NCBI GenBank assembly: GCA_951406725.2
Contig: OX597825.1
Coordinates: forward strand, 3,782,001-3,846,000
From: Octopus vulgaris
Lineage: Eukaryota
Reading direction: 5' to 3'
DNA length: 64,000 bases
The notes under the pieces are model-generated. The model saw only the letters and a list, made by a program, of their open reading frames with translations. It made no database searches and had not been told where the DNA came from. The translations under genes were made by a program, and so were the position numbers. This document shows positions 25,698 through 40,480 of the stretch, one piece after another; positions within the stretch are counted from its first letter, which is position 1; every line of letters begins with the position of its first letter.

Positions 25698-26639
25698 TAC
25701 GTACATACATATGTGTGTGGGTTTTTATAAATGTCTGTGTTTCGAAGATTACTTCCGTATGAAGCGGGTCCAGATCAAATACATCAAAAATCAAACCTAC
25801 ATCCTTAGACATTTTTCATCTTCTTGATGTATATCAGTTTTCATTTTCTATATCGCAAGTCATATTTCACCAACCTTTGTTCAGACGCGAAATTGGAACT
25901 TACAGTCAACAATGCTGCTTAAATATGAAAACGAATGAGAGAATGTAGTCCTAGACTGCAAGACAAAATCGTGCCTCACCAATCATTATTATGTATTTAG
26001 CAAAATGATATGCACTCTCCTGTCCTTTATAGCCGATTTACATGAATCCGGTACTTTCTATACAGCCGGGTATGGGCATATGCAGATGTATAGAAAGTAT
26101 CGGAATCGTGCAAATAACTTGAATGCACTGAACATAATTCTTCATCCAGAACTGAGGCACTGAACTAATGTATTTTTTATTAAAAGAAAAAAAAACTTTA
26201 CTGCTGTAACATTAAAATGTCTCTGCTTGAGCCTGACATAAATATATTCAATCGAAAATGAGATTCGTTTAATAAATTAATGAAGCATCATTAGATAATT
26301 TTATACGTTTATATCTTCGTTAGTATACAACTAATACATAAATATGAACATGTTAATCTTCATAAACTCTTCAGTATTATTGACAAATTAAATATATATA
26401 TATATATATATATATAAACATTGACACGCGTATTTAGAGTGCTTTGCACGCACTCTAATGCGCAGGAATATATACATAAGCATTCACACCCACATCCACT
26501 CACACAAGCACACACATACATGTATGTATATAAAAAATGCATGTATGTACTTCCACATATGTTCATATGATAGTGCCATGTGATTCAAATAAATGCATTG
26601 TATAGAGAGCCGACATTATATTTGTATGTATTGTTTTCT

Positions 26640-26830
26640 ATTCCCGGTACAAGACACGAAAATTTGGGCGATGAGATTAGTCAACTAGATCGACTCCAGT
26701 AGGCAACTGGTACTTAATTAATCGACCCTGAAAGGACGAAAAGCAGAGTCGTTCTCGGCGGAATGTGAACTCAGGACGTAAAGACTGACGAAATACCGCT
26801 AAGCATTACGCCCGGTGTGCTAACTTTTCT
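26640..26830 (-). mobile_element. SINE family A (interrupted near its 5' end by a second copy)
   Basis: Homologous to 8822-9052 and 31180-31392. Confidence 0.75.
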
Positions 26831-27045
26831 TATTTATTTATTGCCCACAAGGGGCTAAACACAGAGGGGACAAACAAGGACAGAGAAATGGATTAAGTCG
26901 ATTATATCGACCCCAGTGCGTAACTGGTACTTATTTAATCGACCCTGAAAGGATGAAAAGCCAAGTTGACTCAGAACGAAGCGGCAGAACAAAAATGCGG
27001 CTAAGCATTCGCCCGGCGTGCTAAAGTTTCTGCCAGCTCGCCGCC
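26831..27045 (-). mobile_element. SINE family A
   Basis: Reverse complement of 8822-9052 with a small internal deletion. Confidence 0.85.
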
Positions 27046-27737
27046 TTTCTGCATTAGTATATTAAAATGTCTCTCATTTCCATACTGCAAATAATACATC
27101 CTGTTGGACGAAAATAAAATGTGCAATATCAAGTATTTTATATTTGATTCCGATTTTTTCTATTCAAAAAAATTGTTGCCAGATTTCTTCGTTGATTATA
27201 TTTTTCACTGCAACTCACTACGAATCATAATCATATCAATAAGGCTCCGAAATAGACTTGCAAACGTGAACACAAAATATCAATGAACGGAAAGCAATAA
27301 ATTTATCTCCCTCATCGAAATGCGTTTGGCATTATTTTGATATATTAAAGGTTAATTCTGATACATCATAATTTGATAGAAGACATTATTTTTTTTCTCC
27401 TTTTCACTGATATTTCAAATGATTTTTTGCCAGATAATTTATTTCATAAGAGTGAAAAGTTGGTTGTTTTCCCCTTCACACGTAGTTAGTTAGCATTACA
27501 TAAAATCGTGCATACATACGTAAGAGTTACACAAACACCACCGCGCCAGCGCGCACGCACACGAATGTAGATGTGCATATACAGACATTCACACAAACGC
27601 ATATATACACATGTGTATATATACATATATGTGTGTCTTTGTATGTGTAGAGAGAGAGAGATGGAGAGAGAGATAAATAGGAAGATATAGATATAGATAT
27701 GTACATACGATGTATAAATAGTTGTGTGTATATACGC

Positions 27738-27799
<62 letters not shown>

Positions 27800-27896
27800 T
27801 GTACATGTACGTGCATATATATCGATATAGAAATAAATATCTATCTATATATATATATATATATGTGTGTGTATATATATATTAATACATAGACAT

Positions 27897-27950
<54 letters not shown>

Positions 27951-28329
27951 CGCGTAGGTGCATATATGCATGTATGTATATATGTATAGATACATATATG
28001 TTGTTGTATATCTGTGTGTGTCTATATACGCATATCTGCGCGTCAGAATGAAGTTGATGAAATAACTATATTTGTGGTTATATCAAAATTGTCCCCTGCC
28101 GTATATTCTTGTATGGATCACAATTCTGGGGATCAATCGGGTAAAGTGATATTTTCTTCGGTAGTAATAACATTTTCTTTGAAATGTTCCTCTTAATTTA
28201 TTCTCGATTTTGAAACCCTCACCTCCGTATTTACATTTCTTGACTTCTTTCAGTGTATGCTACAGAGTTATATTCCGAGTTGCATTCTTCAAACGTCTTT
28301 GTTGAAGATGTTGTTATTAAACAAATACA

Positions 28330-28750
28330 TGGCGTCAGTCTCAGATTTGTTCCCGTGCCGTGCAAAATGCATTTCGTCTGTCATTCTTTTCCGTGATTAA
28401 ATCCGGTGGGGGTCGATTTTGCTTTTCGTCTTTACGAGGACGGTAATATGAGTACCAGTTGAAAACAAGAGTCGATGTAATCGACTTAAACCCTTGATTT
28501 ATTGGTCATGTGTCAACATTTGAAATTGATATTAAACGCAACTAAGGCGGAGAGCTGGATGAATATTTAGCACACCGGTCAATGTGTTTAACGACATTTC
28601 TCCCGCCTCAACGTTCAAAACAGTCGGGATCGGCTCTGCAATTTATCCCGTTGTTATAAAGAACAAAAATACCAGTTTGGCTTTGACCTCAATGTATTCG
28701 ACTTCATCTCTCTTCAGAAATCGCTGGTCATGTATTAAAATGTGAAAGCA
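28330..28750 (+). mobile_element. Two tandem decayed SINE family A copies
   Basis: gtcgattttgcttttc..gtaccagtt..gtcgatgtaatcgactt and aaggcggagagctgg..ttagcacaccgg. Confidence 0.6.
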
Positions 28751-29749
28751 AAATTAACTTTCAGATATAAATTTTCCCAACTTTAGAACCTAAGTTTAAT
28801 ATCTCATCACCCTCGAGCGTTGAAGCCAGCGCGTACAATTTATTAGACTCCCTAATAGATACTCTCGCAAGAGTTTGACATTTACTAATAAAAATCTTTA
28901 TAAAGTTTCTTAACCGACAGTTCGAAAATATGTCCAATGATAATAATATGCTTGCTCAATATTTTTCGTGGTGGTGGAATGCTTTGCAGTTGGGAAAACA
29001 TTTTGCATCTATATATTGGTAAGTGTGTTTGAATTGTAACGAGAAAGAGTTTTTTTTTTTTTCTTCATTCTGTATTTCATGGAATATGACACACGATCTG
29101 ATATTATGTATTCCACGCAGGAAAAAACTGAATAATTTTCTCGGGAATCGGTGACATTTAAGTTCAAGCTAATGATTTATTGGATTTCGTCAGTGCAATG
29201 TCGTTAGCGCTGATTTTGTTACAGGTACGTTTCAGCAGGTATGCAAAAAAAAAAATTGTTGTACATTTCAATTTTGCAGCCAATATGTCTGTGAAGTGTA
29301 CCAGTTAGTGTATCTTGTGCGCCTGCGTGCGTGTTTGTGTGTGTATGCGCGCGCCCACGTTCGCGCGTGTGTGTGTTTGTGTTTATGCTAAGGTATGTAA
29401 GCAGAAAGCATACACTGTACTATTGGAAACATGTAATCTAGTAAAGCCTGCTGTATGCTCGGGGCTAAGACTGCTAAGCAGATATCGACAAAATTCCGTT
29501 GCTAAAATGTTTGAGAGAACATCTCGGCGATATTTACCAGAATGGTGCAAAAACACTTCAAACGAGCTTAGAAGAGTATCAAAAACTTCTCAGTAAGGAC
29601 ATAGAAATAGTGGCGCTGGTGAAATATTATGGCACTAGGCCACTTTGGTTAACGAAATACTTTGGTAAACTTGAAATATTATAAATATACTAAATATTTT
29701 GAAACGAAAGACACAAAACAAATATACAAAAGATGGGTTACGATAGAAA

Positions 29750-30170
29750 TTTCTCAGCATCACTCTCTCACGTAATTCCTTCGCTAAAATTCATTCGAGG
29801 ATTAATATTCTTGGCATTCGTGTGATGCACAAGAAGAGCAATTGGAAAGAAAAAGAAGAAATTACCAGATTTCATATGCTTCAGAGTTGTACACCAATTC
29901 GACCAATGGTGTAAACATACAACAATACATATGACCCTTCAATTTGTAGGCGACCCCTATGCCATTCAAGAGCAAAATATCCCCCATATTGTACCTACCG
30001 CATAAGAAGCAGAAAATGTTGATAGGCAAATTTAGGTTCAGCAAGACTTAGAGTGAAGACATCAATAAACTGCAAGAGAATGTCTGTCATATATTATCTT
30101 CCAATGAGACATGATATCGTGGCCAGAACGATCTTGAACAGAATCATAAAAATGAAAACCACCAACGCAC
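29750..30170 (+). mobile_element. Decayed RLE-type non-LTR fragment (zinc knuckle/RHD region)
   Basis: Translation INCKRMSVIYYLPMRHDIVARTIL near 30066-30137. Confidence 0.45.
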
Positions 30171-31179
30171 AAAGCGTTTTGACCAGTAAGTCAAAAGAAT
30201 TAAGCAGCCAGATGTTTTGACTCCACGAAGAAATAGTTTCTGCTGTTAAAATCAGCTGCCCTATTCACACCAATGTGAAAGAGATCGTGTATGGCCCACT
30301 GATAAGGAGTTTGCGAATCCCGTGCCCAAAATATACTTTCATGTTCATACTTATTATCATGGGAGCAAATGGATATTCAACAAGCTATTTCGAGGAAAGT
30401 ATGACTGATCTTACAGTTTTGGGACGGAAACGCAAATCTTTAATTCATACACTACAAATAATCGCAATATCTGCGGCTATAATATTCTTCAAGACATTAA
30501 GATTTAATGGTTAATTTGCAAAACTAGATGCTTTCATTTAAAAGCCCTCTACCCAGAAGGTTACCGGTCAAAATATATTATGAATGAAAAAGCGATTAAA
30601 AACGAAAAAAAAATTATATACACATATATGTGTTTTTCAGAGTCACTTGGTGTGTTTGAAGTAAATATTTGTTGTTCTTACATATATTTCCTACCGCTGA
30701 CATCTAACACGAATCTTTTGCAATACGTCATGAAAGGCCTGACGTTACCAAGGGAGACGCAGTGGGTTACAACTTATTATAGCAGCTTTTATGGCGTACG
30801 GGAAAAGTAATATTGTTCCACAGACCACGCGAGTTAAGAATATTGAATTCCCAAACTATGAGATCAATACTGATCAAATAGGATCCTTATTTCCACGGAA
30901 TCTCATTCAACCGGAAATGTTTGTTGTCCTTGTGTTTTAATCCCAGAAGATTATAACTCCAAATCACTTACGTTTAGATTGCATTAATATGATAATAAAA
31001 GCGTTGTCGCATTCAAAATTCAAAATATTAAATCTAAAGTCTCTACTGATTCACTTAGATACCGAAAGTTGAGTTCGGTACCTGATATACTTTTTTCATA
31101 ATAAGAATGATAGTAATGAAAACACGGTGTCAGCAAATTATACAACAACAACAACAACAACAACAACAATAATAATAAC

Positions 31180-31392
31180 CATTTCTACTCTAGGCACTAG
31201 GCCTGAAATTTTGGAGAAGGGCACCAGTCGATTTGATCGACCCCAGTACGCAACTGGTAATTAATTTATCGACCTTCGAAAGGATGAAAGGCAAAGTCGA
31301 CCTCTGCGGAATTTGAACTCAGATCATAAAGACAGACGAAATACCGCTAAACATTTCGCCCGGCGTGTAAATGATTCTGCCAGCTCGCCGCC
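31180..31392 (-). mobile_element. SINE family A (alternative 3' tail)
   Basis: Head and body homologous to 8822-9052; different 3' end. Confidence 0.85.
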
Positions 31393-31400
31393 TTAATTAT

Positions 31401-31402
<2 letters not shown>

Positions 31403-31456
<54 letters not shown>

Positions 31457-31548
31457 TCATAATAATAATAATAATAATAATGATCATAAAAATAATAATA
31501 ATAATAATAATAATCATCATAATAATAATAATAATAATAATAATGATC

Positions 31549-31626
<78 letters not shown>

Positions 31627-31704
31627 GGAAGCAGAAGAAAAAGAAGAAGAAGAAAAAATAGAAGAAGAAGAAAAAGAAGAAGAAGAAGAAGAAGAAGAAG
31701 AAGA
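31403..31704. repeat. (AAT)n then (AGA)n compound microsatellite
   Basis: Direct reading. Confidence 0.95.
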
Positions 31705-33041
31705 ATTCTTTCGTCACGCACCTGTTATCTTTTCAGTGACGTTCGATCCCACGTGGCTCTTCCGGTTCTGTTTAATCTCCTGTCTTTGTGTGGTGTGTAT
31801 TTTCGAATGTAATTGCGTCTGCGTCTATGTGGGTGTGTGTGTTTGTGTGTGTTTGTGACTGTTAGCGTTGCTTGCGTGTGTACGCGTCTCTATGTTTTTG
31901 TGCGTTTCGTGTGCGTATAGGTGTTTTGCTTAATAATCCGTTTTTATCTGTGCCTTTTATATATTTATTTATTTCGTAGCTTATTTTTTTATTGATTCAT
32001 ATATTCGTTTATCTCTGTATTTTTCCTCTTTTATCTTAGCTATGTGTATATCGTATATGTACTATGCTAGTTGTATATGTTTCTCTCTGTGACTCGTTCA
32101 TTCTGTAGTCCCCATGTTGCGTTGTGTGGTTGTGGCCGTGTTATTGTTTCTCTCATATTTCTATTAAGGCTCGTTCTGCTAACTACTGTGTGTGGCCTAT
32201 AATCTGAGTGTGGTGTTTTTTTTCTATGCGTTGATAATACCTTAGCATCTATATTATTAACCTCAGCTCCATTTTCTAACTGAACATGTTACTAGAACAT
32301 TGACAAGCATTTCTCCTCGTTGAGTACCCGCCAGTGTACACCTATCCTTTTGCTCTATTATGCCACGCCGCCTCAACAATATAACCTGCCTTATTTCTGC
32401 ACCGTCTCTCAGTACTCAGTACGTTATATGATACGTTTCTACTCTTACGGTTAACCTGCGGGGTCATCCTACATATTATACAGTTGTTCTCCGTAGATAG
32501 TGTCCTTTCTACGGATCGGGGATTACTTTAATCCTCTTTACCTTATACTTTTATTTGTTTCAGTCACTGTTGCCATCCTTGAACACCGCCTTTATTTGAA
32601 AAAATCGACCGCAGGACTTATTCTTTGTATAGCTAGTACTTATTTTATCCGTCTCTTCTGCCAGACCACTAATCTACGGGAAGTAGGTTTCCTTACTTCA
32701 TTTAAGAATATAAGCCAATATTTAACCATTTCTAGTATCTTTAAATAAGGAAACTCACCGCATTGAAAAACTTATAAGGCACAACCTAACCACTTGTAAC
32801 ATTCTATTCCTTTTAAACCAATTCATGTCAAATTAATTAAAAACTAGTCATTCCCAACCTATACCTGAAAAATACCTGATTGCCTCCGTATACGGGAACT
32901 CCGTATTTCATAACATAGCGAAGACATGACACAATAGAGGTAAAGAAATTTGAGAAATTTCAAAAGAAAATACGAAACCTGTTATTTCTCCCAAAAGAAT
33001 GTTACTATACGTAAAATTTTCAAACATTTTTCTAACATAAC

Positions 33042-33072
<31 letters not shown>

Positions 33073-35276
33073 GCATGCGTATGTACGTATAGAGTGAAGC
33101 CGAGAGAAAACGTTTTAAGTTTTATTATAAATATTAAAATGAATTTTAAAGCAGAATATTGGTGCGGTGGGCATAGACTTAAAATGGTATGGCTGAAGAT
33201 TTTTATAATAAAATGCTCTAATGATTTTTTTTTGGGGGGGGGATACGAAATGGTGTATGTAAAACAGTTTGTTCCATAAAAATGTATATAACTGAAACAT
33301 AAAAATGAGGACATTGAGGCTACGTTCTTTTTATTGCTAATTCGTTGTAGAAAATATCTTTGGACTTTCAAATATATATATGAACTATATTTGTATGAAC
33401 GATAATGATCACTTTAAGAAATACCCAATTTTATAACAAGCTCAATTTTAGAACGCGCATATGTTTATAATATTTCAGCTTTATATTGAATATAAATATA
33501 TGAATAGATAATTGCTTCGTTCCTTATTGAACCATCACGTTATGGAAGTTACAAAACAAATATAGTTCTGCATATTCGCTGTAAACCAGTCCGCAATTTT
33601 ATGTATCTGTGGCAAATCTATTTATCAAATATCTCAAACCTAGCACTTAGAATATAAAACAACGCACTTAAAAATAAAGATTGTTTTCATAGATTTATAT
33701 TAAGTTGTCTGATATTAAGAATGAAAAAGTAATAATAGAAAATACACGAACAATCTGGGTTGAGAATAAATCACGTTTTGTTGTATATACATCCGAAACT
33801 GTTTGATATTATGTGTGTGTATGTGTATTTGTGTGTGTGTGTGTGTATTTGTGTGTGTGCGTGCGTGTGTCTGTGTGTGTGTCTGTGTGTGTCTGTGTGT
33901 GCGTGTGTGTGTACATATTTGTCGTAGATCAATCATATTTGCAATGTCACAAAAGTGTTATTTGGCAAAATTTAATCGAAAGTTAAACTGGCAAATAAAA
34001 TTCATTTTCGATTTGTCAAGCGACAAATTTTCGATTTGTCAAACGACAAACTGATGGGGCTTACCATCAGTGCATTAGGTGGCATTTGAGGCGAAATACG
34101 ATAAGAGCCCATATTTTCGAAGACTGTCCCCATATTCAGAGGAACTGGCATTTAAATTAATGGATCAATCTGAAACAGTTTTCTGTATTTTATTCCTATA
34201 GAGATTCTGCATTTATTTCAACGATATTGCATTCATAATGTCAGCGTAAGAGGTTTAACATTATATTATTTTTAAAAATGTAATCATCAGGATTACACAA
34301 ATGATAAATATTTTAGTGCTTCCGAAAGGAAAATTAACGGAGAAATGGACGGGACTTCCCTCTCCACCCACACATTTCTTTGCCGATGAGGCTTTGGCGG
34401 AAAATGAGGATGTATGTTTCTATTCTTTCAACCTCGTCAACCACACTACCTATTTTAGCACACGTAGACGGCCACAGGTAGACGGCCTGCTATTCCCAGT
34501 CGAAAGAAGGTTTCTGAGTGACCGTGACTATGGACTCGGCCAATATCCTTTTCTGTCCTACACTTTACAGTAACTGTCGATTTGCTCGACTAAAGGCGGT
34601 TCTCCAGAATGGCCGCAGTCAAATGGCTCAAAAAAAAAAGAAAGAAAAATGAATTGTTGCAAGTGATTTCTGTATTATGAACTAATTATTTATGGAAGGA
34701 ACAATTACAGTACATCGTATGGAATGATGTGACGTTTGTATGAAGACATATTCAGGACAAAATCACAAAAGCAAAGGAACAAATATTAGAAAGAGCAACT
34801 CTACCGATTGTGGGAGTCTTCCTAAGTTTGCACCTCACAAAAGCACGCTCATTATAAACGTAAAACTATATGCTCTCTACTCATCCTCCTACTACTGCAT
34901 GGATAGAGCAGACCTGTTCACTCACACTATGCTTGCCATTCTCATACACCTTTCAGGAGATTTGCTGGAAGGAAGTATTTCTTTCTCCACGCTCACTTTA
35001 CTATTCAAGTGACACTTGGAAGTGAACAAACGCTGAAGATATCTGGCTTCTGCCGATTCAATAAGGTCCACTACACAAACGCGACCGCTACCAAATAGTT
35101 AAAACTGCCTGTCCTACCCATTTCCAAAGGAAGGCGGTGGGACGATCTTCACAATCTTCTTTAGCCGACAGTGGGAAACGTCGTGTGCGCAACAGCAGGT
35201 AATCGGGATCATCCTTTGTTTATTATATCGATGAAAACGGTGTAAAAACAAAACGAAGAAAGCAAGCAGGAACATG

Positions 35277-35355
35277 TAGTAGTAGTGGTGGTGCTGGTAG
35301 TGGTGGTTGTTGCAGTGGCAGCAGCAGCACCATCATTATCATCATCATTAGTAGC

Positions 35356-35438
<83 letters not shown>

Positions 35439-35443
35439 TAGTA
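35277..35443. repeat. (GTA)n-rich trinucleotide tract
   Basis: Direct reading. Confidence 0.95.
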
Positions 35444-37418
35444 AGTGAAGAAAAGGAGACGAAGAAGAAGAGGAAATACGTCAATCAATGGCGAGGTCAA
35501 GAACGTGGAAGCCTGGTCAGTTTATTTAGCGAGACGCTTATCCCGTTTGGCCTATTGTAAGGACGCAAGGAGATGTGAACACAAAAGGACCGGGAGTGTA
35601 ATTAAACACACAAAGGGTTGTATTAATTTCTACATCGGCAATTATACCCGAGAGAACAAATAAGAATGTCGAAGTGAATCTAGAAGAAACCACATACAAT
35701 TAATTTCAAGTCACTGAATGCATTAATAAAATGAATTTATATTTTGTACAACGCATTCAATATAATTAAAAGTGTCTCTGCATACACGCACACACACAGC
35801 TGTCTATTTCTCTCTCATGCTGCTGGATATCCCTGGATATAAACTCATGAAATGTGCGTTCTAATTTCTTTCCGTTCCATGTTTTAAAAGAAGTAGTTAT
35901 ATTGGAAACGTTTAGAATATTTCCTTTCTTTCCAATTTCCTGAGCTTCAAAATAATAATTCTGTTTGTATATTTTTACCTCGTCATTGTGATGTATTTAT
36001 CGTCACATTGACCTAAATATTTCCGTCCAAGGCTGTGCTTAACCAATATTGTCCTGGGGCTAAACATTAATATCCACAAAGCAGCGAAGAAGAGTGTAAG
36101 TTGCTGCTCAACAATCAGGAATAGCCGCTGAATATTTCGACATTATTTCTGAGATAAGTAAATGGAATGTTGGTCAATGCCCTCTTAAATATTTTCCCGA
36201 AAACCAGATGATCACTTCTAAAATATGGTTTGGTGACGGCTCTTCTCAATCAGTGCTGGATTATGGACAATTATCAACGCTTTATACTTATATTATGTCT
36301 TTGCTTATCTGATTTTATGGAATATTTACTGTGCCAAAACAAGAGTGAATACGAGAAACACGTAAGAATGGAATTGAGTAAATAAAGAATGTAAACTAAA
36401 TATAAAGTAATACTCTACACACCACAGCGGTAGCGACAAGGAAAAAATCAATCGTTGCTGGTCTAGAATTTATGGGAAATGCCATAGTATGAATGTCATG
36501 CGTTTATGCTTTGAAGCAAGTGCAATATATATGTCAGTGTCCTTTCAGGAGATTAATAACTACAAGAAACTGCAATTCCTATTACTAGCATCAGTGAAAA
36601 CAAAATGAAAACTGCACGCCAATGAATGATGGACGGAGAAATAATACTGGCTGTTTTATTATAAACCATGATTGACAAGAAGCACAAAGAAAAAAGTAAT
36701 CATTCCATATTAAGACTGGAAACAGCACAATAGAATATATCTCGAACAAAACACTAATCAAACAACATTACATAAACACCTACCTGTTTCCTGGTTGAAC
36801 CCACAGTGCACTCTGAAAGTAATACGACATAACAGACCGCACAACAAAATATATTTCGATATTACAAAACACTGTGCAGAATTTCTATAAATCCTAAACT
36901 TTGGTGATTAACGCATGGCAGTACCAAATCAATATTTGTGAGTGATTTTAAGTGTGTGTTTTTCTTTTTCATTCCTTCAACCATTTGAATGGACCCATGA
37001 TGGGGGCCATTGCCGTGAAAATCTTTTGTGGAAGGACTATATCAATGTACGTCTTTCTTTAAATCCTGGTGCTTATTTGATCGCATACACACATATAATA
37101 TTAATAATAATAATATTCCTTGTATGGAATTTATGAATACTGTACTGCATCCCTTGGGCGTTTCCACAAATTACATGTTTCTGAAGATCTTTCTTGATCA
37201 TAAGAAAGATATGCGTAGTGATGCATTAAATTATTTTCAAGTTCCATCCAAGGATTATTATTATTATTACTCTATTTATCGTAAATTATAAAGTTATAGC
37301 TCGATGCGACCACAAAAAACTGCTATCGCCTGCTGGCATCATTGTGTTGTACCCGGCATAATAGTATAGGAGCGTTTAATTGTATATTCAAAACGTTTCC
37401 CACAAACGAATTTAAAAG

Positions 37419-37505
<87 letters not shown>

Positions 37506-37526
37506 AATATATACATTACATATATA

Positions 37527-37899
37527 GGCGCAGGAGTGGCTGTGTGGTAAGTAGCTTGCTAACCAACCACACGGTTGCGGGTTCAGTCCCACTGCGTGGC
37601 ATCTTGGGCAAGTGTCTTCTGCTATAGCCCCGGGCCGACCAATGCCTTGTGAGTGGATTTGGTAGACGGAAACTGAAAGAAGCCCGTCGTATATATGTAT
37701 ATATATATGTATGCGTGTGTTTGTGTGTCTGTGTTTGTCCCCCTAGCATGGCTTGACAACCGATGCTGGTGTGTTTAGGTCCCCGTCACTTAGCGGTTCG
37801 GCAAAAAGAGACCGATAAATAAGTACTAAAAGGCGGTGCTCCAGCATGGCCGCAGTCAAATGACTGAAACAAGTAAAAGAGTAAAAGAGAGTAAAAGAG
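37527..37899 (+). mobile_element. tRNA-derived SINE, family B
   Basis: GGCGCAGGAGTGGCTGTGTGGTAAG..GGGTTCAGTCCC head and (GTAAAAGA) tail; about 40 bp deleted relative to the 19778 copy. Confidence 0.9.
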
Positions 37900-37932
37900 T
37901 ATATATACATACATACACCACACACACGCACG

Positions 37933-37964
<32 letters not shown>

Positions 37965-37965
37965 A

Positions 37966-37999
<34 letters not shown>

Positions 38000-38327
38000 A
38001 TATATACCTATGGCGATTATCTGATTATCTCCTCATTATGCCTGGGCCTATCACGTCTCGTACTTACACCTTAGATCTATTGTGGCTTCTGACATGGCTC
38101 TGTAAATCAATGTTTCATAAATCTAGCCACATAGATTGCATGTCTGATTTGGACCACCAAGAGATTTTGTCAGTTCTCATGTCACACGGGGTCTTCTTGG
38201 ACCCAATAGTTGAGGGTAGTGCAGTGCAAGCAGCATCCACTGAAAAACTATGCATCTGCAAAGATGCTTCTTGTACACCAAATCTGAGTTTAAACACGCA
38301 CACACACACAAACATACATACACACAC

Positions 38328-38373
<46 letters not shown>

Positions 38374-39849
38374 TATAGGTGACGGGTTTCTTTCGGTATC
38401 CATCAAACAAATCCACTCGTAAGGCGTCGATCACTCCGAGCGTATAAGAAAGGAAGAAATGGTATCACCTTATGGAATTGAAAGAAACCTCTTACGACAC
38501 AACCGCCACCAACGCACAAACATTTTACATTGAATCAGCATATTTATATTAATAACGTACAGGGTAACAAAATAATGTTAAAACCTTCTTCAACTAAAAC
38601 TCTACCTCTGTCGCTATGCATCACGGGAATGCTAAGCTGTTTGAAATGCAAGAATTTGCCTGAAAGGACCAATCAATAGCAAAAAAGAAGTCTGCTGGAG
38701 GGTTTTCTCAGTAAGCGAAAGAAAACGTTCATTATTTCTTTCTTCTCTCTCAGTTTAAATCTAGTAGGGTATTTAGCATTCATATTGTTTGTAGGGGATA
38801 GACATATAACAGTCGGCGTTGGTTGATTGGCACAATCCCGTTCCCTAATGCAAGACACATCACGTCGGGATCGGGAGAAAATCCTTCAATGTCAGACGCA
38901 GCGTCTCATCGATTACATTAGAGAGTGAGTTACAGCAACAATGAGAGTGTGTTAGGGGAACATAAAGACTACTCTAGAGAAAGAAAATGGTTTATGCATT
39001 GTGCGTATTCGAAAAACATTATAGGGGGAAAAAATGAAAAAAATACTTAATACCAGCAAGCGACAGTGAAAATGTATATTAATAAATCGACAAAAAAAAT
39101 TACATACTTTTAAACCACGAATAGGAAAAAAGTACAAAGAAGAGAATATAGTAGTAGAAAGTATCAGACACACCACAAAAATGTTAATAAAAATTATAAA
39201 ATATATTTTAATGCGCCAGTGAAATGGACTGGAAAGAAAAATTCAAATAACTGTGTTTATGAAGATTATTACTACTAAAACAATCTGAAAAGCGTTTTCT
39301 CTTATATTCCAACAGGCCCTCGTGTTTTGTAAAAAACTGTCGAAAGTTTCCACTGAGATACTTTGATAAAATGAAGTTGAATATAAATTGGTGCAAATCC
39401 TACGCACGCTAACATCGGCACAACTTATTTATGAAACATTTATAATTTATAAATCGATGGCTACAGTTTTTTTAAGCCATAGTAAATAATAATATATACA
39501 GAAAGGCTTTAAAATTTTATAGTTGACATAAAATCTGGTAAATAAAACGTGTATTTATGAAAATAAATCTAGCAGGTATTAACATATTGAATAAATGAAT
39601 TAAAATTCGTGTTAGAAACTTTTAGTTAGTGCCTCCATGAGAAAGAAAACCATGAGTGAAAATTACATTCTTTAAGGATGGAATTTAGAAATAAACTCTG
39701 TAAATAAAATTGGTAAAATGTAAAATGAAGGCATGTAAAGGGTCAAAACCATTAGCTTACTAGATGATTATATAATGCTAATGCAATATACCAGCACTCG
39801 ATAAATAAATAAGAGATGAAAATCAAAAGACAGTATTCATTATAATATC

Positions 39850-40480
39850 ACACATTTTGGAGAGATCGCATAGACGATTAAGTAGTTGGCACAGCATTAC
39901 ACAATGAATAATACACAAATGTGACATCGGTTTAGGTTTTAATCCAGGCATAAATCGTAGCTATTAAATATTAGAGATGTTGAAAGGAGATCAGACTAAA
40001 GAAATATTCATATAAGCCAAGCAGATTACAAAAATATAAACTGCTTACAAATAATATATAATATTCTGGATGATAATTTGTTAGATTACAGTGTATTAGC
40101 AGAAGAGTAAAATGATTCTGGAAAGAGATGTATGAATATAAAGGAAAAGCTATTGGTAAACAGAGCAGTTATTGAAGACCAAAGAAAAAGAAATGAAAAT
40201 CTAAGTATAGCGTTTATCGATTTCCAGAAAGCTTTCGACAGGAAAACTTTCCACTGATGAAGTAGATAATTTATATGAACGAATCGTTTCCAAATCTAAG
40301 ACAGTACATCAATCATGACATGTCAAAACGTATAACACCAATAACACTGCAAGATGAAGAGGTGATAAAAAAAGACCGGTCTTCTCAATATATATATAAA
40401 AAATGAATTGTTCAACGAAGTTATTTATTGCCACTATTTTTCAGTCAAGATCTAATTCCACTAATATATCTAATGAAAGA
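39850..40480 (+). mobile_element. Decayed non-LTR RT fragment (R4/Dong-like)
   Basis: Translation KEKLLVNRAVIEDQRKRNENLSIAFIDFQKAFD near 40140-40240. Confidence 0.65.

Noticed and set aside
32420-32480. Hammerhead-like remnant on the minus strand (AGGATGA..GAAACGTATC)
   Set aside because: Core positions 3-4 are wrong and the stems are poor; at most a decayed copy.
34005-34070. 23-bp tandem duplication and a CTGATGG/CCATCAG hairpin
   Set aside because: Only two units and no ribozyme core; not CRISPR-like.
34990-35280. Slightly GC-richer unique segment as a host exon
   Set aside because: No convincing ORF, splice-site pair or recognisable protein.
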